In this document: positions 7,741-16,479 of the stretch, in pieces
Position numbering within the stretch: the stretch's first letter is position 1
Layout of the letters: each line of letters starts with the position of its first letter
Source of the DNA: Planctomycetota bacterium
GTDB lineage: Bacteria > Planctomycetota > PLA2 > JAEUHO01
Length of the DNA: 43,561 nucleotides
Reading direction: 5' to 3'
Assembly: GCA_029259795.1 (NCBI GenBank)
Contig: JAJDEM010000264.1
Span: forward strand, 1-43,561
Position numbers and translations under genes: made by a program
The notes under the pieces: model-generated
What the model was told of the DNA's origin: nothing
What the model saw: only the letters and a program-made list of their open reading frames with translations
Database searches by the model: none

Positions 7741-10700
7741 TCAGACCGGGTCCGCCTCTTGGCGCAGCAGGCCCAGATCTCCAAGGATCGTATAGGTGCA
7801 CGGGATGACCACGAGCACGAGGAGCGTCGAGGCGATCATCCCGAAGACGATGCTGGCTGCGAGCGGAATGAGGAACTGCGCCTGGAGGCTCTTTTCGAGC
7901 AGGAGCGGCGTGAGCCCGGCGATCGTGGTCAGCGAGGTCAGGAGGACAGCGCGGAAGCGGGCGCGACTGGCGCCGGTCGCAGCCTCGGCCGCCTCGCCAC
8001 CCTTGGCGAGTCGCGTCTTGGCGAAGGTCACCAGCAGGATGGAGTCGTTGACGACGATCCCCGCGAGGGACACGAATCCGAAGATGCTGGGCATCGTCAG
8101 GTCATAGCCCAGCAGCATGTGGCCCCAGATGACGCCGATCAGACTCAGGGGGATCGCCATCATGACGATGAACGGCTCGACCCAGCTGCGGAACTGGAAG
8201 CTCAGGAGGATGAACACGCCCATGAGGCCCAGCATGAAGGCCTTCAGGATCGATGCGTTCGTATCCGCGGACTCCTGCGCTTCGCCCTCCAGGTCGATCG
8301 CGACCCCCGGGTGAGCGGCCTCGAAGTCAGCGCGGTGGGTCTTCTCGAACGTACGGAGGAGCTCCTCGACGTTGACATGTTCGCGGTCGACATCGCCGCG
8401 CAGGGTGACCGTGCGCTGACCGTCGACGCGCGCCACCCGCGCAAAGGCCCGCGTGACCTCGAGATCGGCTACGATCGAAAGCGGCACCAACTTGCCGTTC
8501 GGGAGCGTGACCCGGAAGTCGTCCAAGCCTGCCAGCGTGGATCGGTCGCGCTCCGCGAGGCGGACGTCGACTTCGATCGACTCGCGCCCCACTTGCATCT
8601 CCCGAGCCGTGGTTCCGAAGAAGGCGGCGCGCAGCTGGCCTGCCACCGCGCGTGCATGCAGTCCGAGTCCCAGCGCGCCCGCGTTGAGGGTCAGGTGCAC
8701 CTCGCGCTTGCCAGGGCGTAGATCATCGTCAAGATCCACGACCCCGCGAAAGCCTCGGAACCAACGCTGGAGGTCGATGGAGGCGGCCTTGAGGGCGCCC
8801 AAGTCTGCGCCGCTGAGGCGCACCTCCAGCGGCTGCCCGGCGGGTCCAAAGGACGGCTGCTTGAACTTCATGCTCAGCACGTCCGGCGGAGCTCCGACTT
8901 CCTGGCGCCAGCGGCGCACCACGTCAGCGAGGGGCGCGTCGCGCTCTTCCGCGGGCAACAAGTCCGCGATGATCGTGACGACATGCGGACCTTGCTCGAA
9001 GGCGTCGAGGTTTTGGTTGAAGGCGACCTGCACGTTGCGAACGAGCGGGACCCCGCCCGGCTGGCGGGGCTGGAACTCGGCGTTGACGCGGCCGAGCGCG
9101 GCGGTGACCTCCTCTGCTGCCGCGCGCGTGCGGGCGAGGGGGGTGCCCTGCGGTAGCAGGACGCGGGCTTCCACGACGTCGCCGTCGATGTCGGGGAAGG
9201 CCGAGACCTTCAGGTTGCCGCCTGCGACCTGCGCGATCGAGAACAGAAACACGCCGGCGGTCGCGCCAAGAACCAGGTAGCGCCAGCGGACGCACCAGTC
9301 CACGACCGGCCCCAGCACGCGATCACGCACGCCGTCGATGAAGCCGTCGAAGCCGCGGCGGAAGCGGCCGCGGCGTGTGACGTTGCCCGCACGGGGCCCA
9401 TGCCCGAGGTGATGGGGGAGGATCAAGAAGGCCTCGATGAGGCTGACGGCCAACACGAGGATGAGGACGATCGGCAGCGCCCGGAGCACCTTGCCCAAGG
9501 ACCCCGTCACGGTGATCAAGGGGCCGAACACGCACACCGTCGTGAGGAACGAACTCAGCACGCCCATCCGGACCTCGAGGACGCCGTCGACGACCGCCTG
9601 CATGGGCTGCTTGCCCGTCTGCATGTGGGTCGCCACGTTCTCCGCAAGGACGATGGCATCATCCATGAGGAGGCCCAGGGCGAGCAGCAGCCCCACCATG
9701 GAGATCATGTTGATGCTGACGCCGAACAGGGGAAGCAGCCAGAAGCCGGCCAAGAACGAGACCGGCAGCCCCATTGCGACCCAGAACGAGAAGCGCAGGT
9801 TGAAGAAGAGCGCCATGACGAAGAACACCAAGAGCAGTCCCTGCCAGCCATTGCGGACCAGCATGTCGAGGCGGTCCTCGACGACGGACGAGACGTCTTG
9901 CGTAATCGCGAACTCGATGGCCGGCGGCGCCCGCTTCTCCTCGTCCAACAGGAACGCTCGGACCTGGGCGTTGACCGTCAGCGCGTCCTGCGTCTTCGTC
10001 TTGGAGATGGCGAGGACGCCCGCGCGCTTGCCGCCAAACAGGATGCTGTCCTCGTCGTGCTCGAAGCGGTCCGAGATGGTTGCGATGTCGCCGAGCCGGA
10101 TGATGGCACCGCCCGACTCGGCGACAAGGATCAGATCCTCGAGCTCTTGCACCGAGCGGCGCTCATCGCGGAATCGGAGGAGGATGTCGCCGCCTGGGGT
10201 GTTCAGCATGCCCGCGGGGAGGTCGATGCTCTGGCTGGCGAGAACCTCGGCCACGTGCTGTGCGCTCACGCCGAAGAGAGCCAGCGTGTAGGCGGAGACC
10301 TCCACTCGGAACTGATGGTCGGAGAAGCCGCGGATCTCGATGAGGCGGATGCCCGCCTCCTGCTGCATGCGCTCTTTGAGCTCCTCGCAGTACGCCTTCA
10401 AGTCGGCATCGCTGGCTGCGCCGGTCACGGCCACGGAGACGACGGGGTCGGTGCGACCCACCTGCACGATGACAGGCTCCTCGACGAGGTCGGGGAAGTC
10501 GTTGATGGCGTCGAGCTCCGCGCGAATGTCGTCGAGGAAGGCCTGGATGTCCCCGCCCTCCGTCATGTCGGTGGTGGCGATGCACACGCCTTCGCGCGAA
10601 TCGGTTCGGACCTCGTCGACGTAGTCGATGCCGTCCAGGGCGTCTTCGATGCGGCGCGCGACGGCTTCTTCCACGTCGCCGGCCGACGCGCCGGGATAGG

Positions 10701-10842
10701 CAACCGTGATCTGGATCCTGTCCTCGGAGGCGTCCGGGAGGGTCTCGCGTTTCAAGGAGGGCAGCGTGAGCAACCCCAAGACCATCATCGCCACCATCAG
10801 GAGATTGGCGGCTGTGGGGTGGTGGGCGAAGAAGCGAATCAT
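7741..10842 (-). CDS. RND efflux transporter permease (AcrB/CzcA superfamily)
   Basis: 1033 aa with N-terminus MIRFFAHHPTAANLLMVAMMVLGLL. The layout is the typical 12-TM architecture with two large periplasmic loops. It shares an ATGA start/stop overlap (10839-10842) with the adaptor gene. Confidence 0.93.
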   Translation of the reverse strand: MIRFFAHHPTAANLLMVAMMVLGLLTLPSLKRETLPDASEDRIQITVAYPGASAGDVEEAVARRIEDALDGIDYVDEVRTDSREGVCIATTDMTEGGDIQAFLDDIRAELDAINDFPDLVEEPVIVQVGRTDPVVSVAVTGAASDADLKAYCEELKERMQQEAGIRLIEIRGFSDHQFRVEVSAYTLALFGVSAQHVAEVLASQSIDLPAGMLNTPGGDILLRFRDERRSVQELEDLILVAESGGAIIRLGDIATISDRFEHDEDSILFGGKRAGVLAISKTKTQDALTVNAQVRAFLLDEEKRAPPAIEFAITQDVSSVVEDRLDMLVRNGWQGLLLVFFVMALFFNLRFSFWVAMGLPVSFLAGFWLLPLFGVSINMISMVGLLLALGLLMDDAIVLAENVATHMQTGKQPMQAVVDGVLEVRMGVLSSFLTTVCVFGPLITVTGSLGKVLRALPIVLILVLAVSLIEAFLILPHHLGHGPRAGNVTRRGRFRRGFDGFIDGVRDRVLGPVVDWCVRWRYLVLGATAGVFLFSIAQVAGGNLKVSAFPDIDGDVVEARVLLPQGTPLARTRAAAEEVTAALGRVNAEFQPRQPGGVPLVRNVQVAFNQNLDAFEQGPHVVTIIADLLPAEERDAPLADVVRRWRQEVGAPPDVLSMKFKQPSFGPAGQPLEVRLSGADLGALKAASIDLQRWFRGFRGVVDLDDDLRPGKREVHLTLNAGALGLGLHARAVAGQLRAAFFGTTAREMQVGRESIEVDVRLAERDRSTLAGLDDFRVTLPNGKLVPLSIVADLEVTRAFARVARVDGQRTVTLRGDVDREHVNVEELLRTFEKTHRADFEAAHPGVAIDLEGEAQESADTNASILKAFMLGLMGVFILLSFQFRSWVEPFIVMMAIPLSLIGVIWGHMLLGYDLTMPSIFGFVSLAGIVVNDSILLVTFAKTRLAKGGEAAEAATGASRARFRAVLLTSLTTIAGLTPLLLEKSLQAQFLIPLAASIVFGMIASTLLVLVVIPCTYTILGDLGLLRQEADPV

Positions 10843-12155
10843 CGGGCGCCGACCGTTTCGTGCGGCGTGAGCAGCATGCCTTCCACCGCGGGCACGAGAT
10901 CGGTGGTCACGACGCGCGTGCCGGCGTCGACGCCGGACTTGAGGATCGCGTCATCCCCTTGCGCGAAGTCGACCGTGACGGGGCGCAGCACGAGCCGACT
11001 GTCCTTGCCGATCGTGTAGAGCCGGCCCGCATGAATCGCCGCGCGCGGTACGACGAGGCAGTTCGAACGCACGGGCCCCCGCAGCTCGACTTCGACAAAC
11101 ATGCCCTTGACCAGCGGCGGATGGCCGCGCTCGGTCGTGGCTTGGAACGGCTTGTCGACGGCGATGACCATGCCCGCCGAGCGGGTGGTCGCCGACAGGC
11201 TTGCAGCGGCGCGCGCGAACGTGCCGGGCCACGTGTAGGTGTTGGACGGCAGCCGCAGGCGCACGGTGGCTTCGATTCCGAAGCGAGTCCAGTCGACACC
11301 CCCGCGCAGGCCCTCGGCGATCTGCTCGCGATCGAGGGGGCGGAAGAGGTGGCGGGCTTGCTCGACCGCGATCCGCGCCTCGACCTCGGCGACGCCGACA
11401 TCGAAGGCCGCGGCGAGGACCTGGCCCGGCGCGACGGCCTGGGTGAGCTCGATGTTCACCGTTTCAATGCGGCACGCGAAGGGGGACTTCAATACGGCGC
11501 GCTGGACGTCGTGCTCGGCGCGCTTGACCCGCGCCTGGGTGGCGGTGAGCTGCGCCGTCAGCCGGGCCCGTTCACTCGGTACCAGGCGCAGGGAGTTCTG
11601 GTGGTTGAGGACCAGGCCCTCCTGGGTAAGCACGCGCCTTCGCTGCGCGTCCACCTCGGCGACAGAGACGGGTCCTTCCTTGGCGAGTTGCTCGAGGCGC
11701 GTGAGCTCGGTGTTGGCCAACTCCAGGGAGCGGCGCTCGAGGGCGAGCAGCTTCCCTGCATTGGTCTCGGTCAGGTTCAGTGTGTCGATCTGCGCCGAGA
11801 GCGCATTGGCTTCCGCGGTGAGGCGGGCGACCTCGAGCTTCTGGTCGGCGTTGTCGATGCGGATCAGCTCGTGATCTGCCGGGACGACCTCTCCCTTCTT
11901 GAGGAGGGGGGAGATGAAGGCCACGCGGCCACTGATCTCCGCGGTTGCGACCCAGGTCTTGCTCGGGTGGACGGTGCCGTAGGCGATGGCGGTGGGGGTC
12001 ACGTCCCGCGGGGCGAGTGTCACGCTTCGAACGGCGTGTGTGAGTTCCTCGGGCGCCACCTTCTCGGGGCCGGAGCGACCCTTGATGAACACAACGAGCA
12101 ACACGATGCCCAGCGCGATGGGCGGGAGGATCAGGAGCTTCTTCCAGATGGGCAT
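10839..12155 (-). CDS. RND efflux periplasmic adaptor (membrane fusion protein, HlyD/AcrA family)
   Basis: N-terminal TM anchor (LILPPIALGIVLLVVFI), coiled-coil hairpin (LEVARLTAEANALSAQIDTL...LTATQARVKRAEHDV) and a beta-rich C-terminus. It is translationally coupled to the RND gene. Confidence 0.9.
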   Translation of the reverse strand: MPIWKKLLILPPIALGIVLLVVFIKGRSGPEKVAPEELTHAVRSVTLAPRDVTPTAIAYGTVHPSKTWVATAEISGRVAFISPLLKKGEVVPADHELIRIDNADQKLEVARLTAEANALSAQIDTLNLTETNAGKLLALERRSLELANTELTRLEQLAKEGPVSVAEVDAQRRRVLTQEGLVLNHQNSLRLVPSERARLTAQLTATQARVKRAEHDVQRAVLKSPFACRIETVNIELTQAVAPGQVLAAAFDVGVAEVEARIAVEQARHLFRPLDREQIAEGLRGGVDWTRFGIEATVRLRLPSNTYTWPGTFARAAASLSATTRSAGMVIAVDKPFQATTERGHPPLVKGMFVEVELRGPVRSNCLVVPRAAIHAGRLYTIGKDSRLVLRPVTVDFAQGDDAILKSGVDAGTRVVTTDLVPAVEGMLLTPHETVGAR

Positions 12156-12321
12156 GGCGCGCCTCCAGGGCGGACAAGGAGTCTAGCGCGGCGCCCGATT
12201 CCGACCGGCAGGTGCGCGAGCGCCCCGCACGGGGGCGCTGGACCCGCCGAACCCACTTCCCCGGCACAGGGCCTTGCGGGGCGGGCTAGACTTCGCGCCC
12301 CCCACAACCCGAGGAGGTTTC

Positions 12322-12834
12322 ATGATCGGCAAGAACGAACTCCGCGACTCCATCCTGCATGAATACAAGGTCATCAAGCAGCTGGTGTCCAAGCTGCCCG
12401 ACGGCGTCGAGAACTACCGCATCTCCGACGACCAGCGCTCGACGATCGAGCTGCTTCGCTACCTGGTCCCGCTTGGCCCTGGCACCCTCCACGCGGCCAA
12501 GGACAGCTCCTTCGCCTGGTTTGGCGCGAATGCCGAGCGCTTCGAGGCCCTCGGCCTGGCGGACATGCCTGCAGCCCTCGACGAGTCGATGACCGAGATC
12601 GCCGCGTTGTTCGACGGGATCTCCGACGAGCAGTTCGAGAAGGGTGAGGTCGCTGTCGAGGGGATGGGCGAGTGGACCGTGCAGGGCTGGTTGCTCAACA
12701 CGACGGCCCGCTTCGTGCCCGCCTACAAGCTCATGCTGTTCCACCACGCCAAGGCCGCCGGCAACGGCGAGCTGAACACGTGGGATGCATGGATGGACAA
12801 CGGCGAGGTGCCGCGGCCGGCCCCCGCCAGCTAG
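12322..12834 (+). CDS. Small helical protein, DinB/YfiT-like (tentative)
   Basis: Track ORF 12274; ATG 12322 is preceded by GAGGAGG (12311-12317). 170 aa. A His in the first helix (ILHEY) and HH near the C-terminus (LFHHAKAAG) resemble a DinB-type His triad. The family call is tentative. Confidence 0.6.
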   Translation: MIGKNELRDSILHEYKVIKQLVSKLPDGVENYRISDDQRSTIELLRYLVPLGPGTLHAAKDSSFAWFGANAERFEALGLADMPAALDESMTEIAALFDGISDEQFEKGEVAVEGMGEWTVQGWLLNTTARFVPAYKLMLFHHAKAAGNGELNTWDAWMDNGEVPRPAPAS

Positions 12835-12850
12835 CCCGCCAGCCAGCCCG

Positions 12851-15442
12851 TCAGATCGAGCGGCGGCCGAGGGTGACCGAGACTTCGAGCACACGGCCGC
12901 CGCGCTCTACCCGTAGCCGCACGCGTTCTCCCGCCATGCGCTGGGCGATGTGCTCGAGCACCTCGACGATGGTGGGCGTACGCTGGCCGTCCACGCCCAC
13001 GATGACGTCGCCGGGCAGGACGCCGGCGCGACTGGCGCCGCCGTCGGCAACGACGCGGTCGATGCGCGGCCGCGTGCTGCGTCCAAAGTAGATGCCCAGC
13101 ATGCCGCGAGCCGGCCGCTCCCCGCGGAGCAGGGCCGGTATGGACGCGCGGATCCGGTCCCAGGGCACCACGAAGCCAATGCCGCTGTTGCGCCCGTGTT
13201 GCGCGGGGTCCCAGATGGTGATCATCCCAACGATGTTGCCGTCGAGGTCGATCGCGGCGCCGCCGACATTGCCGTCGAGCACGCCGGCGTCCGTCTGCCA
13301 CATGCCGCGCCAGGCACTCGGTGCCGTGTCCTGATGCATCTTGGAGAGAATGCCGCGCGTGAGCAGCGGGTCCTTCGGGCGGCGTGCTCCGAACGGGTCG
13401 CCCGCCGCGATGACGAAGCGGCCACGCTCCAAGGATGCCTGGCTTGCTGCCGGTGCACCGGCGCCCCAGCCCTTCGGATCCTTGGCCCTCAGGAGTGCGT
13501 AGCCCCAACGCATGTCGTAGCCAAGGAGCTCGAGCTCACTCGTCTGGCCGTTGCTGCGATGGGCTCGAATGCGAAGGATGTCGGTCAGGCCTTCGGTGAG
13601 GCTCGCGCCCGTGGGTACCTCCCAGAGCGGATTGACGCGCTGGGCGACGTTCGTGAGGTTGTAGAGACTTGTCACGATCAAGCCGCCGCGGTCCGCGATG
13701 ATCCCGCTGACGGGGCCCGCGTAGCGGTCGAGCAGAACCGTCTCGCCACCGAGCGGCACACGGCGGGAGACTGGACGCTTGCGCTGGATCTCTAGGGACA
13801 CCAGGTGCGGGCGAATGCGCCGCCCGGCCAGCCGCGTGACGGCCTCGAGGGCACGCACGCTGCCGCCGTCGTCGCGTTCTCGCACGCGCGTGGCGAGCAA
13901 CGCGCGCGCGGCACGCACATTGCGCAGGCCGTCGAGAATGCGATCGATGGGAACGGCCTTGCCGAGGAAGCCATACGGTGCGTTCTGGCCGGCCTCGACG
14001 TACGTGCTGATGGTGCCGATCAAGCGACCCCGCAGGTCGACGAGCGCGCCCCCGTTGACGCCCGGGTTGACGCCGGAGCTCGTGAACAGGAAGCCGTCCG
14101 GACCGTCATCGATGGTGCTGACGATGCCCGCGGTGAGGGCGGGCGGTCCCCTGGATGTGGGGTCGTACGCGCTGCCCATCGCCAGCGTCCCGTCGCCGAC
14201 CTGCAGGTCGGTGCTGCGGCCCGGGGGGACGAAGTGCTGCATGCCGCCCACGGGAATCTCGAGCAGCTGGATGAGCGATGTGTCGATGCTTCGATCGCGA
14301 TGCACCACGCGTCCGGCGATCGTGCGCCAGCGCTGGGTCTCGGGATGCCAGAGGCGCACGTCGACATGGTCGGTCCAGCGCCTTTGACGTTGCGTGCGGC
14401 CGTCGACGCGCACTTGGTCGAAGACCAGTCCCGCATCGCCGTCGGAGAGCACAAGGCCACGAGGGTGGACGACGACGCCCGAGGAGCGGCCGCCGCTCGG
14501 TCCCACGACACCCCGCGGGATGCATACAACGGCCGAGGGCATCACGCGCTGGATCGTCTTGCGGTAGCTCCCTTCGATCGAGCGGAGCGCCTGAGGGGCC
14601 GCTGCGGCCGCCACCGTGGACGCGCGCTCCGGCCCGAGTGTGCGCGTGAGGAAGCTGCGAATCTCCGCCGTGGGAATCGCGAAGGATGCGCCGGTGTAGT
14701 GCGCGCCGACGCCTTCCCGGTCCGCGGAGCGGGTGGCGATGCTGCCGTTGATTCCGAGGAGCTCGCCGCGCAGGTTCCACAGCGGCCCGCCCGAGTTGCC
14801 GGGGTTCACCTCGGCATCGTGCTGCACCGTAGCGATCTTCGTCATGCCGCCGCGGCGGGGGGGGCGCATTGCGGAGATTACGCCCAGCGTTGCAGCCGAG
14901 CGCCCGTCGAGCGCCAGCAGAAAGGGATTGCCGGAGGAACTGACCCAGGTGCCGATGGCGAGACGACCCGGCAGGGCCGCCGAGATACGCGCCGCACGCA
15001 GCCCGACGGGGGTGCCCGTGAGCCGTGCGATCGCCAGGTCGCGATGGCGATCGAGCGTATGGACCTTCAGCGGGTAGGCGCGACCTGCGGATGTGACGGC
15101 CTCGAGATTGCCGCCCTTGCCGACGCCATCGGCGTCCACCACGTGGGCATTGGTCAGGACCCAGGTGCCGTTCCATTCGATCACGACGCCCGAGCCCGCA
15201 CCGTGGAGGACGAGCGGCCCGGTCGGGCGCGCCCGCGAGCCGCGTGCCAGACGGTGATGGCCGACGATGCTGACACTCGCGCTCTCGACGCGCTGCAGGG
15301 CAGCGACGATCTCGTTCTCGATCGCCCGGACCTGACTGCGGGCGGAATCCGGCGCGGCGGAGGCGGGCGTGAGGGTGGCGGGCAGGCCGCCTGCGAAGAT
15401 CGCACCCACGAGAGTGAGGGCGAGGATGAGGCGGGTGAGCAT
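12851..15442 (-). CDS. Periplasmic HtrA/DegP-like serine protease with three tandem trypsin-fold modules and one C-terminal PDZ
   Basis: Signal peptide MLTRLILALTLVGAIFAGGLPATLTPASA. Module 1 has TNAH(100)VV, RD(135)LAIARL and NPGNS(217)GGPL. Modules 2 and 3 keep the fold motifs but not the triad. PDZ: GVLPGDVIVGVDGQ...RVRLRVERGG. Confidence 0.9.
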   Translation of the reverse strand: MLTRLILALTLVGAIFAGGLPATLTPASAAPDSARSQVRAIENEIVAALQRVESASVSIVGHHRLARGSRARPTGPLVLHGAGSGVVIEWNGTWVLTNAHVVDADGVGKGGNLEAVTSAGRAYPLKVHTLDRHRDLAIARLTGTPVGLRAARISAALPGRLAIGTWVSSSGNPFLLALDGRSAATLGVISAMRPPRRGGMTKIATVQHDAEVNPGNSGGPLWNLRGELLGINGSIATRSADREGVGAHYTGASFAIPTAEIRSFLTRTLGPERASTVAAAAAPQALRSIEGSYRKTIQRVMPSAVVCIPRGVVGPSGGRSSGVVVHPRGLVLSDGDAGLVFDQVRVDGRTQRQRRWTDHVDVRLWHPETQRWRTIAGRVVHRDRSIDTSLIQLLEIPVGGMQHFVPPGRSTDLQVGDGTLAMGSAYDPTSRGPPALTAGIVSTIDDGPDGFLFTSSGVNPGVNGGALVDLRGRLIGTISTYVEAGQNAPYGFLGKAVPIDRILDGLRNVRAARALLATRVRERDDGGSVRALEAVTRLAGRRIRPHLVSLEIQRKRPVSRRVPLGGETVLLDRYAGPVSGIIADRGGLIVTSLYNLTNVAQRVNPLWEVPTGASLTEGLTDILRIRAHRSNGQTSELELLGYDMRWGYALLRAKDPKGWGAGAPAASQASLERGRFVIAAGDPFGARRPKDPLLTRGILSKMHQDTAPSAWRGMWQTDAGVLDGNVGGAAIDLDGNIVGMITIWDPAQHGRNSGIGFVVPWDRIRASIPALLRGERPARGMLGIYFGRSTRPRIDRVVADGGASRAGVLPGDVIVGVDGQRTPTIVEVLEHIAQRMAGERVRLRVERGGRVLEVSVTLGRRSI

Positions 15443-15601
15443 GCTGCGAGCCTACTCCCAGATGCGGGGCCGCGCATCCGGCCTCCTGCAATGGGACCTC
15501 CGCAGCCGCCGAGCACCCGCCGCCGCGGCGTGCGGCCTGCGGCGGCGGGAGCCGGCGTCGCATTCCTTGGTGGCCCGTGGCCGCGCCGGGACCATGCGCC
15601 G

Positions 15602-16465
15602 ATGGAATCAGACGCCCCCAAGCAGTTCGAAGGCACATCCTCGTACGTCGCGACGGAAGACCTCGTCGTCGCGGTGAACGCGGCCATCGCTCTCCAGCGA
15701 CCGCTCCTCGTGAAGGGCGAGCCCGGGACCGGCAAGACCGTTCTTGCGCATGAGGTCGCGCGTGCGCTCGACAAGACGCTCATCGAGTGGCACGTGAAGT
15801 CGACGACCAAGGCCCAGCACGGTCTCTACGAGTACGACGCGGTCGCGCGCCTACGCGATTCGCAGCTTGGTTCGGACAAGGTGCACGACATCCGCAACTA
15901 CATCATGCGCGGCAAGCTGTGGGACGCGTTCGAGCATGAGCAGGGGGCCATCCTCCTCATCGACGAGATCGACAAGGCCGACATCGAGTTCCCGAACGAC
16001 CTGCTCCAGGAACTCGATCGGATGGAGTTCTTTGTCTACGAGACGAAGGAGACCGTCCGGGCGAAGAACCGCCCTGCCGTCATCATCACGTCGAACAACG
16101 AGAAGGAACTCCCCGACGCGTTCCTGCGGCGCTGTTTCTTCCACTACATCCGCTTCCCGGATGCCGACACGATGCAGGCCATCGTCGACACGCACTTCCC
16201 CGGGTTGAAGAAGGAGTTGCTCGAGAGCGCGCTCCACGCGTTCTACTCGCTGCGGGGCGTGCCCGGTCTGAAGAAGAAGCCCTCGACCTCGGAGCTGCTC
16301 GACTGGATCAAGCTGCTGGTCGCCGAGGACATTCCGGCCGAGGCGCTGCGGACGAAGGACAAGAAGGAGTTCCTCCCGCCGCTGTTCGGCGCCTTGCTCA
16401 AGAACGAGCAGGACGTCGCCCTGGTCGGTGGCCTCGCTCGCGGCCACGGCGGTCTCTACAACTAG
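15602..16465 (+). CDS. MoxR-family AAA+ ATPase (AAA_5 type)
   Basis: This is the last 287 codons of track ORF 13805..16465; the upstream part is antisense of the protease gene. ATG 15602. Walker A GEPGTGKT, Walker B ILLIDEIDKA, sensor-1 VIITSNN, FLRRCF. Confidence 0.9.
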   Translation: MESDAPKQFEGTSSYVATEDLVVAVNAAIALQRPLLVKGEPGTGKTVLAHEVARALDKTLIEWHVKSTTKAQHGLYEYDAVARLRDSQLGSDKVHDIRNYIMRGKLWDAFEHEQGAILLIDEIDKADIEFPNDLLQELDRMEFFVYETKETVRAKNRPAVIITSNNEKELPDAFLRRCFFHYIRFPDADTMQAIVDTHFPGLKKELLESALHAFYSLRGVPGLKKKPSTSELLDWIKLLVAEDIPAEALRTKDKKEFLPPLFGALLKNEQDVALVGGLARGHGGLYN

Positions 16466-16479
16466 GTCCGAGGTCCGCG

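Noticed and set aside
7601-7801. N-terminal extensions of the deaD ORF (to 7801) and of the gdhB ORF (28636..28734)
   Set aside because: The extensions are Arg/Pro-rich and lack an SD. They overlap neighbouring genes or promoter regions. Internal ATGs give canonical N-termini, and the gdhB one has a strong SD.
7654-12362. Plus-strand ORFs 7654..8721 (355 aa), 8453..9280, 9400..11019 (539 aa), 9437..10291, 10860..12362 (500 aa)
   Set aside because: All are antisense to the RND pump and adaptor genes. They are acidic or Arg-rich repeats of GC-rich codons with no TM pattern or motifs.
13805-15601. N-terminal 599 codons of track ORF 13805..16465, and minus ORF 14106..15638 (510 aa)
   Set aside because: These are antisense or off-frame to the HtrA-like protease. 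Only the last 287 codons (from ATG 15602) show AAA+ motifs. The rest is Arg/Gly/Ala-rich.
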